Shown: positions 28,207 to 43,394 of the stretch, in pieces
Numbering within the stretch: position 1 is the first letter of the stretch
Layout: each line of letters opens with the position of its first letter
From: the human T2T-CHM13v2.0 reference genome, Homo sapiens
Assembly: GCF_009914755.1 (NCBI RefSeq)
Contig: NC_060929.1
Length of the DNA: 64,000 nt
Reading direction: 5' to 3' (one strand)
Position numbers and translations under genes: made by a program
The notes under the pieces: generated by a model
What the model was told of the DNA's origin: nothing
Seen by the model: only the letters and a program-made list of their open reading frames with translations
Database searches by the model: none

Positions 28207-29229
28207 TTGATTCATCTTGGCTATGATAGCTTTGCCTTGTCTCTAATAATGTTATATATGTTACACTTTTAACTATTTAAACTTTAGTTGCCAGGTTTCC
28301 CAATGTCTTTACATCTCTGTCATATATGCAAATTCCGGCTTATGCTTTGTGGTGTTCTTCTATACTTACATAAAACATAATAAAAGGAAAGGATCATACT
28401 ATCAAGTTATGGACAAACATAATAGAAAAAAATGAGTCAAGTCACATTTTCACTGTTTGTCAATGTTTTCCTACATGACTAGGATCACAAAATACCCACC
28501 TGGCTTAATATAAATCATTGGTTTTTATTTCAGTTTGTCATTCATCCACTGTAGTTGAAAAATAAGGTTGCATAGTTCTATGATTCCAAAGGAAAGTGAT
28601 CATGAACACTTAATTATCTTTTTATTTCTGCATTTCACTGGAGGCTGCAAAAATAGCAAGGTATATAAAAAATCAGCAAAGAGAGAGATGGAAAATGTAA
28701 TGAGTAAGCAGGCTGGTGACTGAGTACCAATTCCCATAATAAAACAAATTGCATATTAACTTTCAAAAAGTGTTGAGGGAAAAAGAAGAAAAAAAAAAAG
28801 GAAACAAGACCTCTGTTAGGATGTAGACAGGCAAGAGGAAAGCAACAATACCCTAAGGGTAATAGCAGTAGCCAGTATGGGTGTACTGACATTTAAGCAA
28901 AGCCATCACTCAATCACTTACAGTGGTTTAGTGATCCCAGACATTCTTGTCCTATAGGGGTATATCACTCAATACAGGTAATTTAAACTCAGGATCTCAT
29001 AAAAAATAGAATATATGTCAAACTCATCTAGATAGGTATCTGCATAATAAATGTGAAGTCCACAGGGGAGTATAAGCACAGTTGTCAAAATTAGGTTCAA
29101 TTTAAGATAGAAAATTTAAAAAGAGATATATAAATGTCTGAGCAAATTAAAAGTTGGGATTCTAAAACATAACTGAGCCATCCTATATGAAAACTTATTT
29201 TCCTTGGATATTGCACCCATTATCCTAAC

Positions 29230-29370
29230 TCTGGACTTTTTAAGGTGTTCCTGCATAGGATAATCTTTCTCCTTTTACCTCTACTTGACCAACTTATCCT
29301 TCAGATACTATATTCATTGTCACTTTGCCAAGCCATTCTTAGACCAGGTCAGTTCTCATTGCTACATGAA
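29230..29370 (+). mobile_element. L2 remnant
   Basis: AACTTATCCTTCAGATAC..TGTCACTTT..AAGCCATTCTT, L2 3' region. Confidence 0.45.
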
Positions 29371-29497
29371 ATATCTACAGAATTAATTCTAATTCTGTCT
29401 TAAAATAGATCTCTTTTTTTAGGCAGCCCAATGTCTATCTATTTTTGTCATTAAAAGTTTTAGGAGAATTGTTGTGCACTGAAAGTATGTCAATAGA

Positions 29498-29796
29498 TTT
29501 TTTTTTTTTTTTTTTTGAGATGGAATCTCACTCTGTGGCCAGGCTGGAGTGGCACAACCTGGGCTCACTGCAACCTCCGCCTCCTGGGTTCAAGCGATTG
29601 TCCTGCTTCAGCCTCCCGAGTAGCTGGGACTACAGGCGTGTGCCACCACGCCCAGCTAATTTTTGTATTTTTAGTAGAGACAGGGTTTCAGTTTTACCAT
29701 ATTGGCAAAGAAGGTCTGGATCCCTTGACCTCGTGATCCGCACACCTTGGCCTCCCAAAGTGCTGGGATTATAGACGTAAGCCACCGTGCCTTCCC
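29498..29796 (-). mobile_element. AluSc-like
   Basis: CTCTGTGGCCAGGCTGG and CTTGACCTCGTGATCC; TSD TCAATAGAT at 29490-29498 and 29799-29807. Confidence 0.94.
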
Positions 29797-30299
29797 TATC
29801 AATAGATATTTTTATAGGTTTCAGTCATGTCTTTGACTAAGAGAGGGAAACACTTCCTAAGGTTTTGTCTTCTAAACTATAATATTGCCATGTATTTTCC
29901 AGCATCCTCCAAAGTACTGTCTCCTTGACAACTCATATATCAAAAAGATCAGAAGCAGAGGATTCTGATCCTATTTAAGCCAAAAGTTTTTGCACATATT
30001 TTGCTGTTTCAGAATATATAATAGTATCAATAAGATTAGTATTATGCTTTGAAGATACATGGTTAACTATAGTTTATATAACTCGGATAATTATAGAACT
30101 AGGTATTAAACATTATGAACATGATAAGAAATCTGTAATACGCATGTATGTACGGGCTGTTATTCCATACCAGATAACAGAAGCAAGAGCAAACCTCAGT
30201 TCTTCTGACTCTAAAGGTACAATGAAATTCTGTTTTAAAATTAATCCTGTATGACTATTTTTACTTTCAACAGTAACATTAAAATATCCTCTTAGACCT

Positions 30300-30900
30300 G
30301 TACAAGGAGAAACTCCGGCTCCGCTAAACTTAATGATTAATTTGAGTACAAACTAAATACAAGAATGGAATGTGTGAGCTAAACCAGGTCCTCCTGTTAA
30401 ATGAATGTGAATCTGAGAGTTCACAAGTGTGTGAGTGAGTGTATGAGTGTGTTGATGGCAGGGAAGTAGAAAAGCGTGGCTGTAGGAAATTTGGCTGCTT
30501 TCGTTTTAAGCTGGCCACCCAAATCAGTTAAAATGTGTAACCAAACAGATAGCTGAGTTTTCTGTCTTTCCTTGACTTAAGTGGTCTTAATTGGAAAGAC
30601 CTTACCTGCCTGGAAATTCAGAACAGATAAGATTATTCCACGGGATAGAGAAACAGCCTGCTCAGCTCTCTGAAGAGTGTGACGAGGTCAGTTTCCATCC
30701 TGGTTCAGGATTCCTGGACAACCCACTTCCGGCTTTGCTCTCTCCAACCCCAGTTATAAATATGCTCAGGCTCCAAGCACCAGACCTGCTGTAAGGTGAA
30801 ATATGGCTTTTGGAGAGCCTCTGGGTTGTACAGTTAAGGTGTAAAGGGAACTAAAAGTGGGATCCACAGCTGGGAAAAGGGATGGGTGATACTTACATCT
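30300..30900. promoter_or_regulatory. candidate promoter/enhancer
   Basis: No recognisable TE; more GC than flanks. HNF1-like CTTAATGATTAAT 30329-30341, AGATAAG 30625, AGGTCA 30685, ETS CCACTTCCGG 30723-30732, TATAAATA 30755. Confidence 0.3.
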
Positions 30901-33842
30901 TCAGTTAAAACTTTACATATTTAGACCTTACTATATGGGACTCCATTTATGGCTCCTACTGTGAGGAGTGGGTCAGTAACATGCATTATACTTTGCTACT
31001 TCCTAGCAATTAGACGAGAAAAATTTACTAATATAAATCTGGAACACAGTAGGTAATTAATAAGTATTTGAAAATGAATTTATGCATAATAACATGACCA
31101 ATTAAATTCAATAAGCAAGCAAATCAGACATAAAAACTTGCCATAGGCTAGATTTTTAAACTGGCTTTAAATTAGTATGTCTTAACAGATAAGAGTAGAT
31201 TTTTAAAAAGGTTAATATATGTATGTTGTATATATAGTGTATGTATATTGTAGTGGTATATATAAACATGTAAATATAACTGGAGAAGTTTTATGTATAT
31301 ATGTATGTATATAAATGCAATCAGACATTATGAGCAATAAAGACTGATGGTTTCAAAGAGTTTGTGTTAATACTAGAATACTCTTAAAATGATTGGTGGA
31401 TAAAGGCATAATGCATATATATATACACAAATATATGGATGGCTGAATTATGAATAATTAATTGACTTTTCCTTAGGCTTCTCTATAATTTATTATCAAG
31501 TAGGCATTAGAGCCAAAATTTTAAATTTAATGAAAATTTTTTTTCAAATATGTAAAAGTATCTGTTAATTTTAAAAATTTAAATAAAATACTTGATGACG
31601 TACTACTGAAAGCTTGAAAATCCTCTTTTAATACTGAAGATAAACAAAAATTATACAGATTCTAATGATATGTAGTGTGACCTCTAAATTAATTTGTATT
31701 TATTCCCCTTCACTTGGTCAGCCAAGCCAGGATGGTGTTATTAGAAGAAAAATATGCCATTTAACATTTGACATCCTTCTCAATACTCAAAAATAACTCA
31801 GCATTTTGACTAAATTATATCACTTATTTTATAACAAGTATTAGTAGTTTCTGAAACTTCAGACAAATTTAATGAATTCAAATGAAAAACATATTTATTA
31901 ACTATCCGACATGTGGGCATGTAGAAGTAAAGCTTGAATTTCTTATTCAACATTAAATACTTAAAGACCACAAAATAATGAATATGTGTGAAAAATCTAG
32001 TAATGCACTGCTAAATGTTGACCCTTTCTTTAGAGAGGTGACATTTGTGAAGATTGTCAATTATGTTTGAAGTTAAGAAAATAAACACAAATATCGACCA
32101 AGTCTCAATGTAAAAATATAATTAAAGGTTGCAGCAAAGTATTATTCTATTAAGTTTTACATTTTAAATTACTAAACCATCCCAGTGCTTCAGATACAGT
32201 ATCAAGCTTGGGCTCAGAAGAAAAAATAATAGGTTAATAATAACAGAATTACAAAAACAAATGAACTCTTACTGCTTTGCATCCAATTCTTTATTCTTGG
32301 TGGGCATTCTTCAGTAACGGAATTTACTTTCTTAGTCACCACTTTTATGACAACAACACACTTCTAAAAGAAAAAAGGGGACTTAATTGGTGCTGCTAAT
32401 TCATTCTGTTTTATAGCCCATTTCTCCAATTAAAGATTCAGAGAAAAATGCATGCTCAGGATGACTTTGCAAAGGATAGCACTGACTTTGATATTTTTCT
32501 GAAGAATCATCCCGTCTATCCACATCTCTATTTCACATCAATTACATCTGATGTATATCCAGTTTTCACAAAAAAAAAGAAAGCTAATATCTCTAGTACA
32601 TATGAGAAATATTTAATTTGAAGTGTCCCATACTATTTCAAAGTTGAGGTTCCCATAGTTGCTGTAGTGTCTGTCTAACGTAAAAGTGTATTGTACCTAT
32701 TACCATAAGACATTTAGAAGTTTAATTGAAAAATTATTACATATTTTGCAAGAAAGTTATAGTCTTATTTTTGCACTTCTGCCCTATTTTCCTGATGAAC
32801 TGTTTGTAATTACACAGTACATTATTTTCGTGAAATCATTTATTAAGCATCCAGTATGAAAAAGGGGCCTGACAAATATTTGAGAACTACAATAATTAAT
32901 AGTGATTTAGTGCCTGGTACTAATAGTATGGTTTAACAGAAAAAACAAGAAAGCTGAATATGCTGGACTAACAAAGAGCTAATATTTGATTCAGTATATA
33001 TTGTATAAGTGCTGAAAGATTTTGCTGAAAAAATAATTTGATGAACTTCAATGCCAAGCATGCCAAACTGCACTGTTCAGCCTATATTCGCCAAGAGAAG
33101 GGATAACCTGAAGGTCCTTGAGGAGGAAAAAATAAAAATAAAAGAGCGAAAAGCATAATCAGAAATACACTTTAAGAGGAATAATTCACATTTAAGTGAA
33201 TTTAGCCTTTCGGAGAGTGGACAGGAAGAAAGAGTGGAAAGTAGAGAGAATAATAATGAAGAAGAAATCATTTAAAAAGTAAATTCAACTGACTATAAAA
33301 ATTAACATTTATATGTATTAAACTTAAATGACCAATTGTTGTCACTTTTTTTTCTACTATGCCACTTTTATTAGACTATAAGCTTCTCTTCCAAACAATA
33401 ATATCCTTTTTATGTTTTCATTTCCTATAACTAGACAAAATCTGGCGAAGAGTAAATGCCTATAAAATGTTTGTAAAGTGAACTGAGGGAGGAGAACGAA
33501 AATAATGTGTTTGAAATTTTAAATTTAAATGAACATGAAAGTGGAAATAATGCAAATATTCTTTGATAACAAAAGGTAGAGCAAGAAATGATCATTTGAA
33601 ATCAAATAGTGCTTACTCAGATCCTGGGGATGCTTTGTAACTCTGGTGTATTGTATGTGTCTTAATATTATAGGCAACAATTTTTGTGAGCCAAATGTGT
33701 TGATAAATGTGAAATACATAGGTGTGCAATGAGTATATTGTTTCCTAGTGGTGAAAATGGAGCCAAGATGAAATGATCTGTCAAAAATTTGATTGATTGA
33801 TTGATTGATTATTTTTCTAATTCTCCCAGTAGCCTTTTTACT

Positions 33843-34252
33843 AATTTTTAATTTTCAATTTTTGTGGGTACCATAATAGGTGTATGTATGTGTAGGGTAC
33901 ATGAGATATTTTGATACATGCATGCAATGTGTAATAGTAACATCATGGTAAACTGAGTATCTATCCCTTTAAGCATCTATCCTTTGTGTTACAATCCAAT
34001 TATAGACTTTTATTTTAAAATGTATAATTAAATTATGATTGGCTGCAGTCACCCTGTTATGCTACCAAATGCTAGGTCATATTCATTCTTTCTAATTACT
34101 TTTTGTACCTATTAACTGACCCATTTTCCTCCCACACCTCCCCTTATTCTTCCCAGGCTCTAGTAACCATCCTTCTACTCTCTATCTCCATGAGTTCAAT
34201 TGTTCTAACTTTTAGCTACCACCAATAAGTGAGAACACATGAAGCTTGCTTT
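33843..34252 (-). mobile_element. L1MA (MA2/MA3-like) 3' end
   Basis: TTTTTGTGGGTAC..GGGTACATGAGATATTTTGATAC..CAGTCACCCTGTT..CTCTCTATCTCCATGAGTTCAATTG. Confidence 0.88.
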
Positions 34253-37200
34253 TTTGTAGAAAATTTTAGAACAAAAATGTTCTTAACAGCCAGGACAGAT
34301 CTCTCTCATTGCCTCTGTCCTCTTACACCACTGCAATAGTTACTCAATAAATATTAGATGATCAAATTTTTCTGCAAGAACTAAGATTTAACAAGAAACA
34401 ATAAATAACACCAACTTATTAAAATAAAATTAATTTATTTTTCTTTGTAATGGAATTTTAAGCCACATTGAGAAAATGGACTAACTTTCACCATGAATTT
34501 TAATGATTTTTAACAAAATAAATACTCTCATGAAACTGCTACTCAGGTGATGAAACAAATCAATGAAATCACTGATGAAATTAAAAACCAATCTCTCCTT
34601 CCTAAAGTTAACTGTCATTTAGATGTTGAACTATTTAAGTTTTGCCCATATTTTGAAATGTATTAAAATGGAATCTCACTGTTTGTGTTTTTATTTCTTT
34701 TCTTTGAAGTGTGGGTCTCTGGCTCAATTTTATGTTTTTGAGATTCAATTAATGTTTTTGTATACCTGTAATAAATACCTTTTCTTTATTGCTGTATGGC
34801 ATCGTGTAAATGTAATGCTAATAGAAGTTTAAGGTCTTTCAAACTTAAGGCCATTACAAATTATGCTGCTGTGAAAATATATACTTTTTGGTGCAAAGGC
34901 ACACTCATTTTGTTGGTAACATAAACCTAGATATTAAAATATTGGATTTCATAATATGTTTATGTTGAATGTTACAAGATTATACTAACCAGTTTTATAA
35001 AGTAGTTTTATGAATTTATATTCCCAGTAACAACTAGAAGTTCTCATTGCTCCATATTCTCACCAACATGTTATTGTCATTGGATATATGATATTATGTT
35101 ATCGCAGATTTAATTTGCATTTTCCTGAAGACTGGTGGTATTGAAACTCTTCATAAATATATTTGGTATTGCATATTATTTTTATAAAGTTTTGTTCAAA
35201 TAATTTTGTTGTCTGTATTTTAATTAGTGATGTGTAAGAAGGTTTTTAAAATTAGCCCTTAGCTTTTTTAGGGGAAGATAATGAAAATATTTTCTTTCAA
35301 TGTAGGTCATACACTTTTACTCTCTCGAAAGTGACTTTTGATGAATATTGAAATAAAAGCAAGTGTGTTGGTGTGTTCATTATACTACATCCATTTTTGC
35401 TTTGTTTAATAATAAATTATTGTTTATTTCAATATCAGAAAATAGTTTTCTTTGCTAGTTTCTAGAAGCTGCATAGTCTTGTTTCTCACATTTGGATATA
35501 CTTCTCTCTATAAATATTTTTTGTATATGCATGTGGTGAGAGAAATAAATCAAATGTATTTGTTTTGAGTGCAAAATTACCAGAGCCATTTATTGAAGAC
35601 TCTTCTTTCTATAATACTATGCAGTAGCACTTTTGTGTTACAACTTCTATTTATATATGAGGGTCTGTTCCTTGCTGTTCTTTCCTATTTGATTAATTAT
35701 TCCTATAAGAAATATGTAGTCTTATTTAGTACAGTTTCTTGCTAACTTTTAGTATCTAATAGAGTAATATAGCCAAGTTTTCAGAATTGTCTTGTACATT
35801 GTTTTCCCTTAACTGCTTTATTCAATTTTGGTTTTTCTTTCTTGAGTCAGAAAATTCTGACTCAAAAGTAGGTAACTTTTTCACCTATTTCTATATTTAT
35901 CACTAGATATTTTTATGCTATACAATTGATTTTTATACATTTACTTTGTCCCCAGCACTTTTATAAGCATATTTTCTAATTCTAATAATGTACCTGATTA
36001 TGTTTTGGAGTTGCTCTGTACATAATTATGTTACCCCCAAAAGAATATTACAATCAACCTATTCGTTGATTTGCGCAAAGGAAAAAGCCCTGTGGGTATT
36101 TGGACTGGGAATTGCATCAAAACAATAGATCAGTTCCCAGAGAAAATGTTATATAATAATATTTTGCAAACATTAACATTGTACATTTCTATTTTAAGGT
36201 CTTAATTTTTTCAGAATGTTTTGTAATTTTGAATGTAGTGGTCACACATGTGTGTAATTAAATTCATTCTTAGCTGTGTGATGCTTGTTTACATTATTGT
36301 AAATTGTATTTTTTCTTAATTCATTTTTCAGTATGTATGTTCCTGACATGTACATATATAATTGATTTTGGTGAATTTATCTTGTTTTCCATGACATCGC
36401 TGGATTTAGGTGCTAGTTCTAGCAGGTTTTTTTTTTTATATTCCTTTGGATTTTCTAAGTATAGTATTTGAAAATAAGTATAATTTTACTTCTTTTTCCT
36501 TAATTCTTATATCTCAAATACTTTTTCTTATATTATTGTACTGAGTAGGATCTTCAGTACAATATTGATTAGAAGTGGTAAGAGTAGGTAACTTTGCCCT
36601 TGCCCCTAATTTTAGGGGATTAAACTCGATATTTCACTCTTAAATGTGATAGTAGCTATGAGTTTTTCATGAATACAATTTTTCATATTGAGAGTTTCTT
36701 TGTGTTGATCGTTTGTTGAGAATTTTGCCATGAATAATTGTTGAATAACATCAAATGCTTTCTCTATATCTACTTAAGTGATCAAATAAATATTTTAAGT
36801 TTTATAATAAGATGAATTATCTATTTCTTGATGTTTCAATGTTAAGCAATCCTTGTATTTCTGGAATAAATCCCACATAATCATGATGGATTACCTTTTA
36901 TTATTAATGCCAGATATAATTGACTAGTATTTCTTGAAGGATGTTTGCAACTATGTTTATGAGTGTTGCTGCTCTGTAGTCTTGTCATAATGCCCTTATC
37001 AATGTTTGATTACCAGTTTATATTGGCTTCATCAAATTGGTTGAATATATTCTCTTTCCCTTTATTCTATGAAAAAGTATTGAAAATTGGTACTGCTTCT
37101 TTCTTAAATATATTGTGGAACTCACCAGTGACTGCTTTACTATTGAAACACTCATTGTGGTAAGATTTTAGATTATAAATTTAACTGCATTATTTAATAC

Positions 37201-38923
37201 AGTATTATTCATATTTATCTTTTCTTTTAGAGCAGTTTTTGTAATTTTTGATATCAAGGAATTTGTCTATATACATGAAGTTGTTCAAGTTATCAACATA
37301 AAGTTGCTCTATATATGTCTTTAAAACCCTTATACTGTAAATAGTTCTCTTACAAGATTGTGTTTCATTTCTAGTGCTAAAAATCTGAGGTTTTTTAAGC
37401 AGTAATGTATACATTTATAAATTTAAGGAATCCTTTTAAATAAATATAATTTAAATTAGTTGACTTCTTCTAATGTCTGTCTCTATTATTATTGTTTTAT
37501 ATATCTCTTTCTTTCATGTTATTAGCTTTAATGTTTCCTTTCTTCTTTACGCTTTAGTGCTAAAAGCTTAGTGAGTTAATTTTTTAACATGTTTTAACAT
37601 TATCAAATTCTGCAAGTTTGTCTGTATTATGGTTTTGTTAAAGTATTTCCTAATATGATTGTTATTTCTCTTGCATTCCATGATTTATTAGCAGGCATGC
37701 TGATTAATTTCCAAATATTTGGCCATTTTCTATATATGTTTTCATTTATTTATAATTCAGTATTTTATGGTCCAAAATACACGCTGTGATTTTTGCCATT
37801 TGCAATTTATTAACAACTGTTGAATGAAACAGAATGTGATCCAATTTGGTAAATATTCCATGTGTATTTGAGAAGAATGTGGATTCTGCATTTTTGTATA
37901 GTGTTTGTAAGTAATCATTTTGGTCCAGTTCATTAAAAGAGCTATTTCAATCTTCCATATCCCTACTAAGTTTCATTTTATTTTGTTTTGTGTATCTAAT
38001 CTTTCAAGATCTAACAGAAGTGTCTAAAATCTTTAAATATGATTGTGAAGTTCTATATATTTTTATTAGATATTTCAATTATTTTTCAGTTGTGTATTTT
38101 AAAGCTATACTATGAGGTTTCATACATTTATGAGCTTATGTCTTTCTGATTTATTTATATTTTTATCATCATAAAAAATGCTGTCTTTAGTGGCAGGAAT
38201 AATCCATGTCTTTACGTTTACTTTGATAATGTTAACAAAACATTATTACTTTTTTATGATTACAATTTGCATGCTTCAAAATCTTTTTATTTTAAAACTG
38301 GGTCTTTATATCTAAAACATTGCTTAGAGTTAGCCTATAACTGGAAAGTTGTTGATTTGTTTGAAAAAACACGTCTGAAAAAAATTTCTGTTAAACTGAG
38401 TGTTTAGACTATTTGCCTTACTAAGATACTTAATATGGTTGGGTTTAACTTTGCTATCTTGATACTTGTTTTATTTTTTCTTCACTTGTTCCCTCTTATT
38501 TTTTTTTACTTTTTTGGCCTTCATTTGGGTTATTTGAGCATATTTTAGAATTTAATTTTATTTTTTATTGGATTTTTATTTTAGTGATTGATCTAGGGTT
38601 TAGAATGTTATTAAATTATATATTAAATTGATATTTCATCACCAGATGTATGAAGAAACTTAACTTAGCATATACCACTTATCTGCCACCATCTCACTGT
38701 GTTAACGTGGTCATTTGCTTTACTCATATGTGTGTTATGAACCTCACCATAAATTATGTCCTTTTTGACTTAAAGATAAAATGACTATATAAATGAATAC
38801 CTAATAATAATCTTGAATACTTAACAATATGTTTATTACATTTAGTGTTCTTTCTTTATTTTTAAGTGTCAAATTCCCATTGGAATATTATTTATTCAAC
38901 CTGAAAACTTCCTTTAATGTTTC

Positions 38924-38965
38924 TTTTTATATATATATTTTTTATTATACTTTAAGTTTTTAGGG
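38924..38965 (-). mobile_element. very short young L1PA 3'-terminal fragment
   Basis: TTTATTATACTTTAAGTTTTTAGGG is the reverse complement of the L1PA 3' terminus, preceded by a T/TA tail. Confidence 0.6.
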
Positions 38966-39655
38966 CTGAAGACAAACTATCTCAACTTTAAGTTGTCTAG
39001 GACAGTCATTTTTCACCTTATTTTTTGATGAAATTTTAGGCTGGATATAGAAATATACATTGATAGGGCTTTTTTGTTTAGTACTTTAAAGGTGGCATTT
39101 CTTTGTCTTCTAGATTTTATCACTTTATTTTCATCTTTAGCTTGCTAAAATGTTATTATGATGTGTTATATTTCATCTTCCTTGTAAATAGTCTGTCGGT
39201 GATTTGCTAAGGTTCTTGGATCTTTGAGTTTCTGTTATTCATCAGATTTGGAAAAATTGGGAAAATATTAGTCTTTGTTTCTTCAAATGATTATGCTGCT
39301 TGTTATTTTTGACTTATTTTCCTGTGACAAAAAATGTGATATATTAAAATCTTAAATTTGTCCCATATGTCTCGAAAAGTTTGTTGACTTGAATTCCTCC
39401 AAGGAATTATGCAACATATATGTGTGCATTCATTCACATTTTATATTTTATATATGTATATGTGTGTTAGTTCACTTATCAAGTTTCTTATTCTCTCCCT
39501 ATATTTACCTATACATGTATTCTACTGATCTTATGCTTTCTTATACTTATAAGACCTCATTTCTAAATCCATTACTTTTGTTATATGTTGTTCTGATTCA
39601 ATTGATTTTTTTTCTATTGCTACATTTTTCACTTTCCTGCTTCTTCACATGTTAA

Positions 39656-39973
<318 letters not shown>

Positions 39974-40048
39974 TTTTATATTCTTTTAAAGAGTCTTAAA
40001 TTCTGTTTAGACAGTTAAATTACCAGATCACCTTCCTTCCTTGCTTCT

Positions 40049-40231
40049 CCAGGCTGGAGTGCAGTGGCACAATCATAGTTCACTGCAACCTCAAACTCCT
40101 GGACTTAAGTGATTCTCCCATCTCAGACTCCTGAGTAGCTAGGACTACAAGTGTAAGCCAACATAAAAAATAAAATAATTTTTTATTTTTATTTTTTTGT
40201 AGAGACAGGGTCTTGCTATGCGGCCCAGGCT
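40049..40231 (-). mobile_element. AluJ fragment
   Basis: CAATCATAGTTCACTGCAACCTCAAACTCCTGG; GTAGAGACAGGGTCTTGCTATG. Confidence 0.88.
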
Positions 40232-43200
40232 CCACCTTGCTTCAGTAAATGCTTTGATTTAGTCTGAGTTGGCGTCATTACTCCTAAGACATGAAGTTTT
40301 TGGAGTCTGAATTTGGGTGTTACCTTTATATCCAGGATATTCAATAAAATTTCGGTACTCTGGATTAGTCGGTACTTCACCATTTTTTTTTTTACACTCA
40401 GTAATCGAGATTCTAAGACCTGCCTCTGCAAGTTTCGACCTTCTACATAATTCTAAAGTTAAACTTATTTTTCTGTACCAAATGAGACTGCCAATCTCTA
40501 TTTGGGCCCCATTTATACACAGAATTATGGAAATTTTGTCAAGCTAAATGCTGGGAAACTGAAGCTTGGCTTATGAGCTTCCTTGTTCTCAAGAATCACC
40601 TCTCTGTGCTGAAAACACTTCTTTCCAATATTTTGCACAATTTTTCATTTCTTTACAGCAGAAGAATAAGTCTAATCCCAACTACTAAGTCTAATCCCAC
40701 AATGACTGATATCAAAAATTATTATAAATTTATTTTATATCACCTTAAAAATATGTAAGAAGCAATTATCTTTGAGAAAATGTATCAATCATTGCAATTT
40801 ACAATCATCAAATTACCTTCTAAAATCTTCTATATTATCAAAAACATAATAATAGGCTTAATTCTTATACTCTGGAAAAAACACAGTCCTAGACGATATC
40901 TCTCTTTACATATATTTTCAAGATCAAAGAAAAAAGTTTGTGGTCTCCACCAATGGTATAAAATAATAATTAATGCATCCAATACTCCACACTCATTTTT
41001 CTCCTTTTCTAGTCTCCGGACACTATAATCTATTGAACTACATACGTATATACCCATGAAATGCATAGAGTTATAGATCTCTGCCACTTTTATATGCTTA
41101 ATATATTCTCCTGCATACGTATATATCCTTGAAGGGCATAAAATGTTACTTATAAATATTAAAAACCTTCAATTAATCTTTCCAGTACTCACCTTTATAT
41201 TCCCAAACTGATACTCTTATCTTAAAAAGACTCTGACAATTAATCGTTAGCATCACTGTCTTGTTTAGAATTTTCATGTTATTTATATGACAAAATATTT
41301 TCACAACTGAAAAATAAAACAAATTATATCAGTAGTCATAATATTATTTATGTTTACAATATTAACACAAAATCATATGATTGCTTCATATATGCCACGT
41401 TAAGGGATTTGCTTTGTCATATAGAAACTTGATGACAGAGTCAGGATACAAATTGAGCTAGTCTGACTCTACATGTATTTTAATTCTATAGAGACATAAG
41501 TGGACTATTTTTTTTTCCTTTCAGATTTTTTTAAAAAAGAAATATATGTTTTTAAATGACATCCTACATTTTACTTGGAAATCTGAATTGTGAGTTTAGG
41601 CACTTAAATATATTCATTTTTATGTAATCAAATATTTTGAGTTTTTGTAGTAGCTACATTAAAGATTCATAGAAATGTCCTCCAAGATGACTTTGTAATT
41701 GATATCCTTTATATTCTAGTAAGAAATAGGATTCTTTCCTTCCACGTACAGCAAAAGTGATGAACTATGTCATCACTTAAAAATATATCATATTTTCTTA
41801 TCTGCCTGACAGTATTTTTTCCAGTTGCATTGCACAATATCAGATTATGGTGATAGAGCAACATTAAGACAGTATTAAACACCAAACATCAAATATGCCT
41901 TTCTTGAATATGGTACCATATTTCTGCTTCAAAGTATGACTATTATTGGTAATAATAGAATTATGCGTTTACAATGATATGTAATATAGTTGTAACTCCA
42001 TTGAGAAATACCTGTCTTATCATAATCTGTAAATCACATAAAAGCCAAAAGGTAAAGAAGGAAAACAGGTTGGTACCAAGGATGGAGAAATCAAATAATT
42101 CATAACACTTATTTTGAAGATATAGACAAAAATATTCTTATTCCTTTCCATGTATTCCTTCAGTCCTGGTCTTGGTGCTCTTACCTACTTCTTTTATAGC
42201 ATTTAAGAGTATGCTACTCAAAGTGTTTTCATTTAACCTCAAAATATTAACACTTAATGAAGCTTCACAAATTGTATTAATATGGATAAATAGTAAAGGC
42301 AGGTTTAGACATCATACATAAAAGAACAGATAATTTAGTAGTTCCGAAAATGGGCAAATGGGTAACAGTGCAAAAGAATGAGGGATAAGAAATTACTATT
42401 ACCAAAGTGAATTATGGCAGAATAAATGTGTGACTTGAAATTAATTTTAACACAAATAATTCACAACATGAAAATGCCCACAGTGTAACACACACTGAGT
42501 TTATGAACACGAATATATAATGTCACTTCATGGACTTGAAGTCAAGAGTCTTACAATTTATTTCTATCATCACAGTTTCCCATAAAAGGGGACATTTTCA
42601 TTTTCACACTCTATTCCATTTCACTGACATATTATTTCCATTGTGTCTCTCTTCCAAAAATGCAGACCTTCCAACTTTTCTTCAAACTTTTGGAACCAGT
42701 TTAATTACAAATTGGATCCTAATTGGACCCATTAGGTTGCTTCAGACTTATGTTATTATTGAGTATAAGCTTATTAGAAATAAAATATTTTAAAGAAAAA
42801 TACTTTTTCATTATTTTCAAATAATGAAAATATTTGCATTTGAAATAAGGATATTTTTCCCATCCCCAAAGCTGCTTTATGCTACTAAATTTTGCATTTT
42901 ATCACCAAGTCTTTAATATCAGTTGGGCATTATCTGTCAGTTATAATAGATTATAAATATTCTCAGAACATAACATTAATAGCAAGAGGAGTGGCCAGAG
43001 TACACCACATAATACCAAATATACGTATTTCACACAGAATGATGTGTGAGCTGAGTGAGCTGTAGCATATGCTTAGAGGTCTGCTGCCTGAGAATATCTA
43101 GTAATGCGTTGCATTTTCACTTGCTGAGACTTTAAATCAGCAGTCACAGAATTGCAAAATCTATGTACAAAAAAGATGCTCTAAGAGCATATATTTTGAA

Positions 43201-43394
43201 AACAATATTTTAAAGAAAGCAGTTCTATAACTAACCGGCTCTGGATAGTAACATATGTCATTTTATATGTTAAATAGGTTTGGTATATTTATACCTTGCC
43301 AATAATTAATGGATATCTTCATAATTTGGAGTTTTACCTAAGAAACCCTCTAGAAAGAGTACATTACTATACCTAGTAAGAACATAGAGAATAT

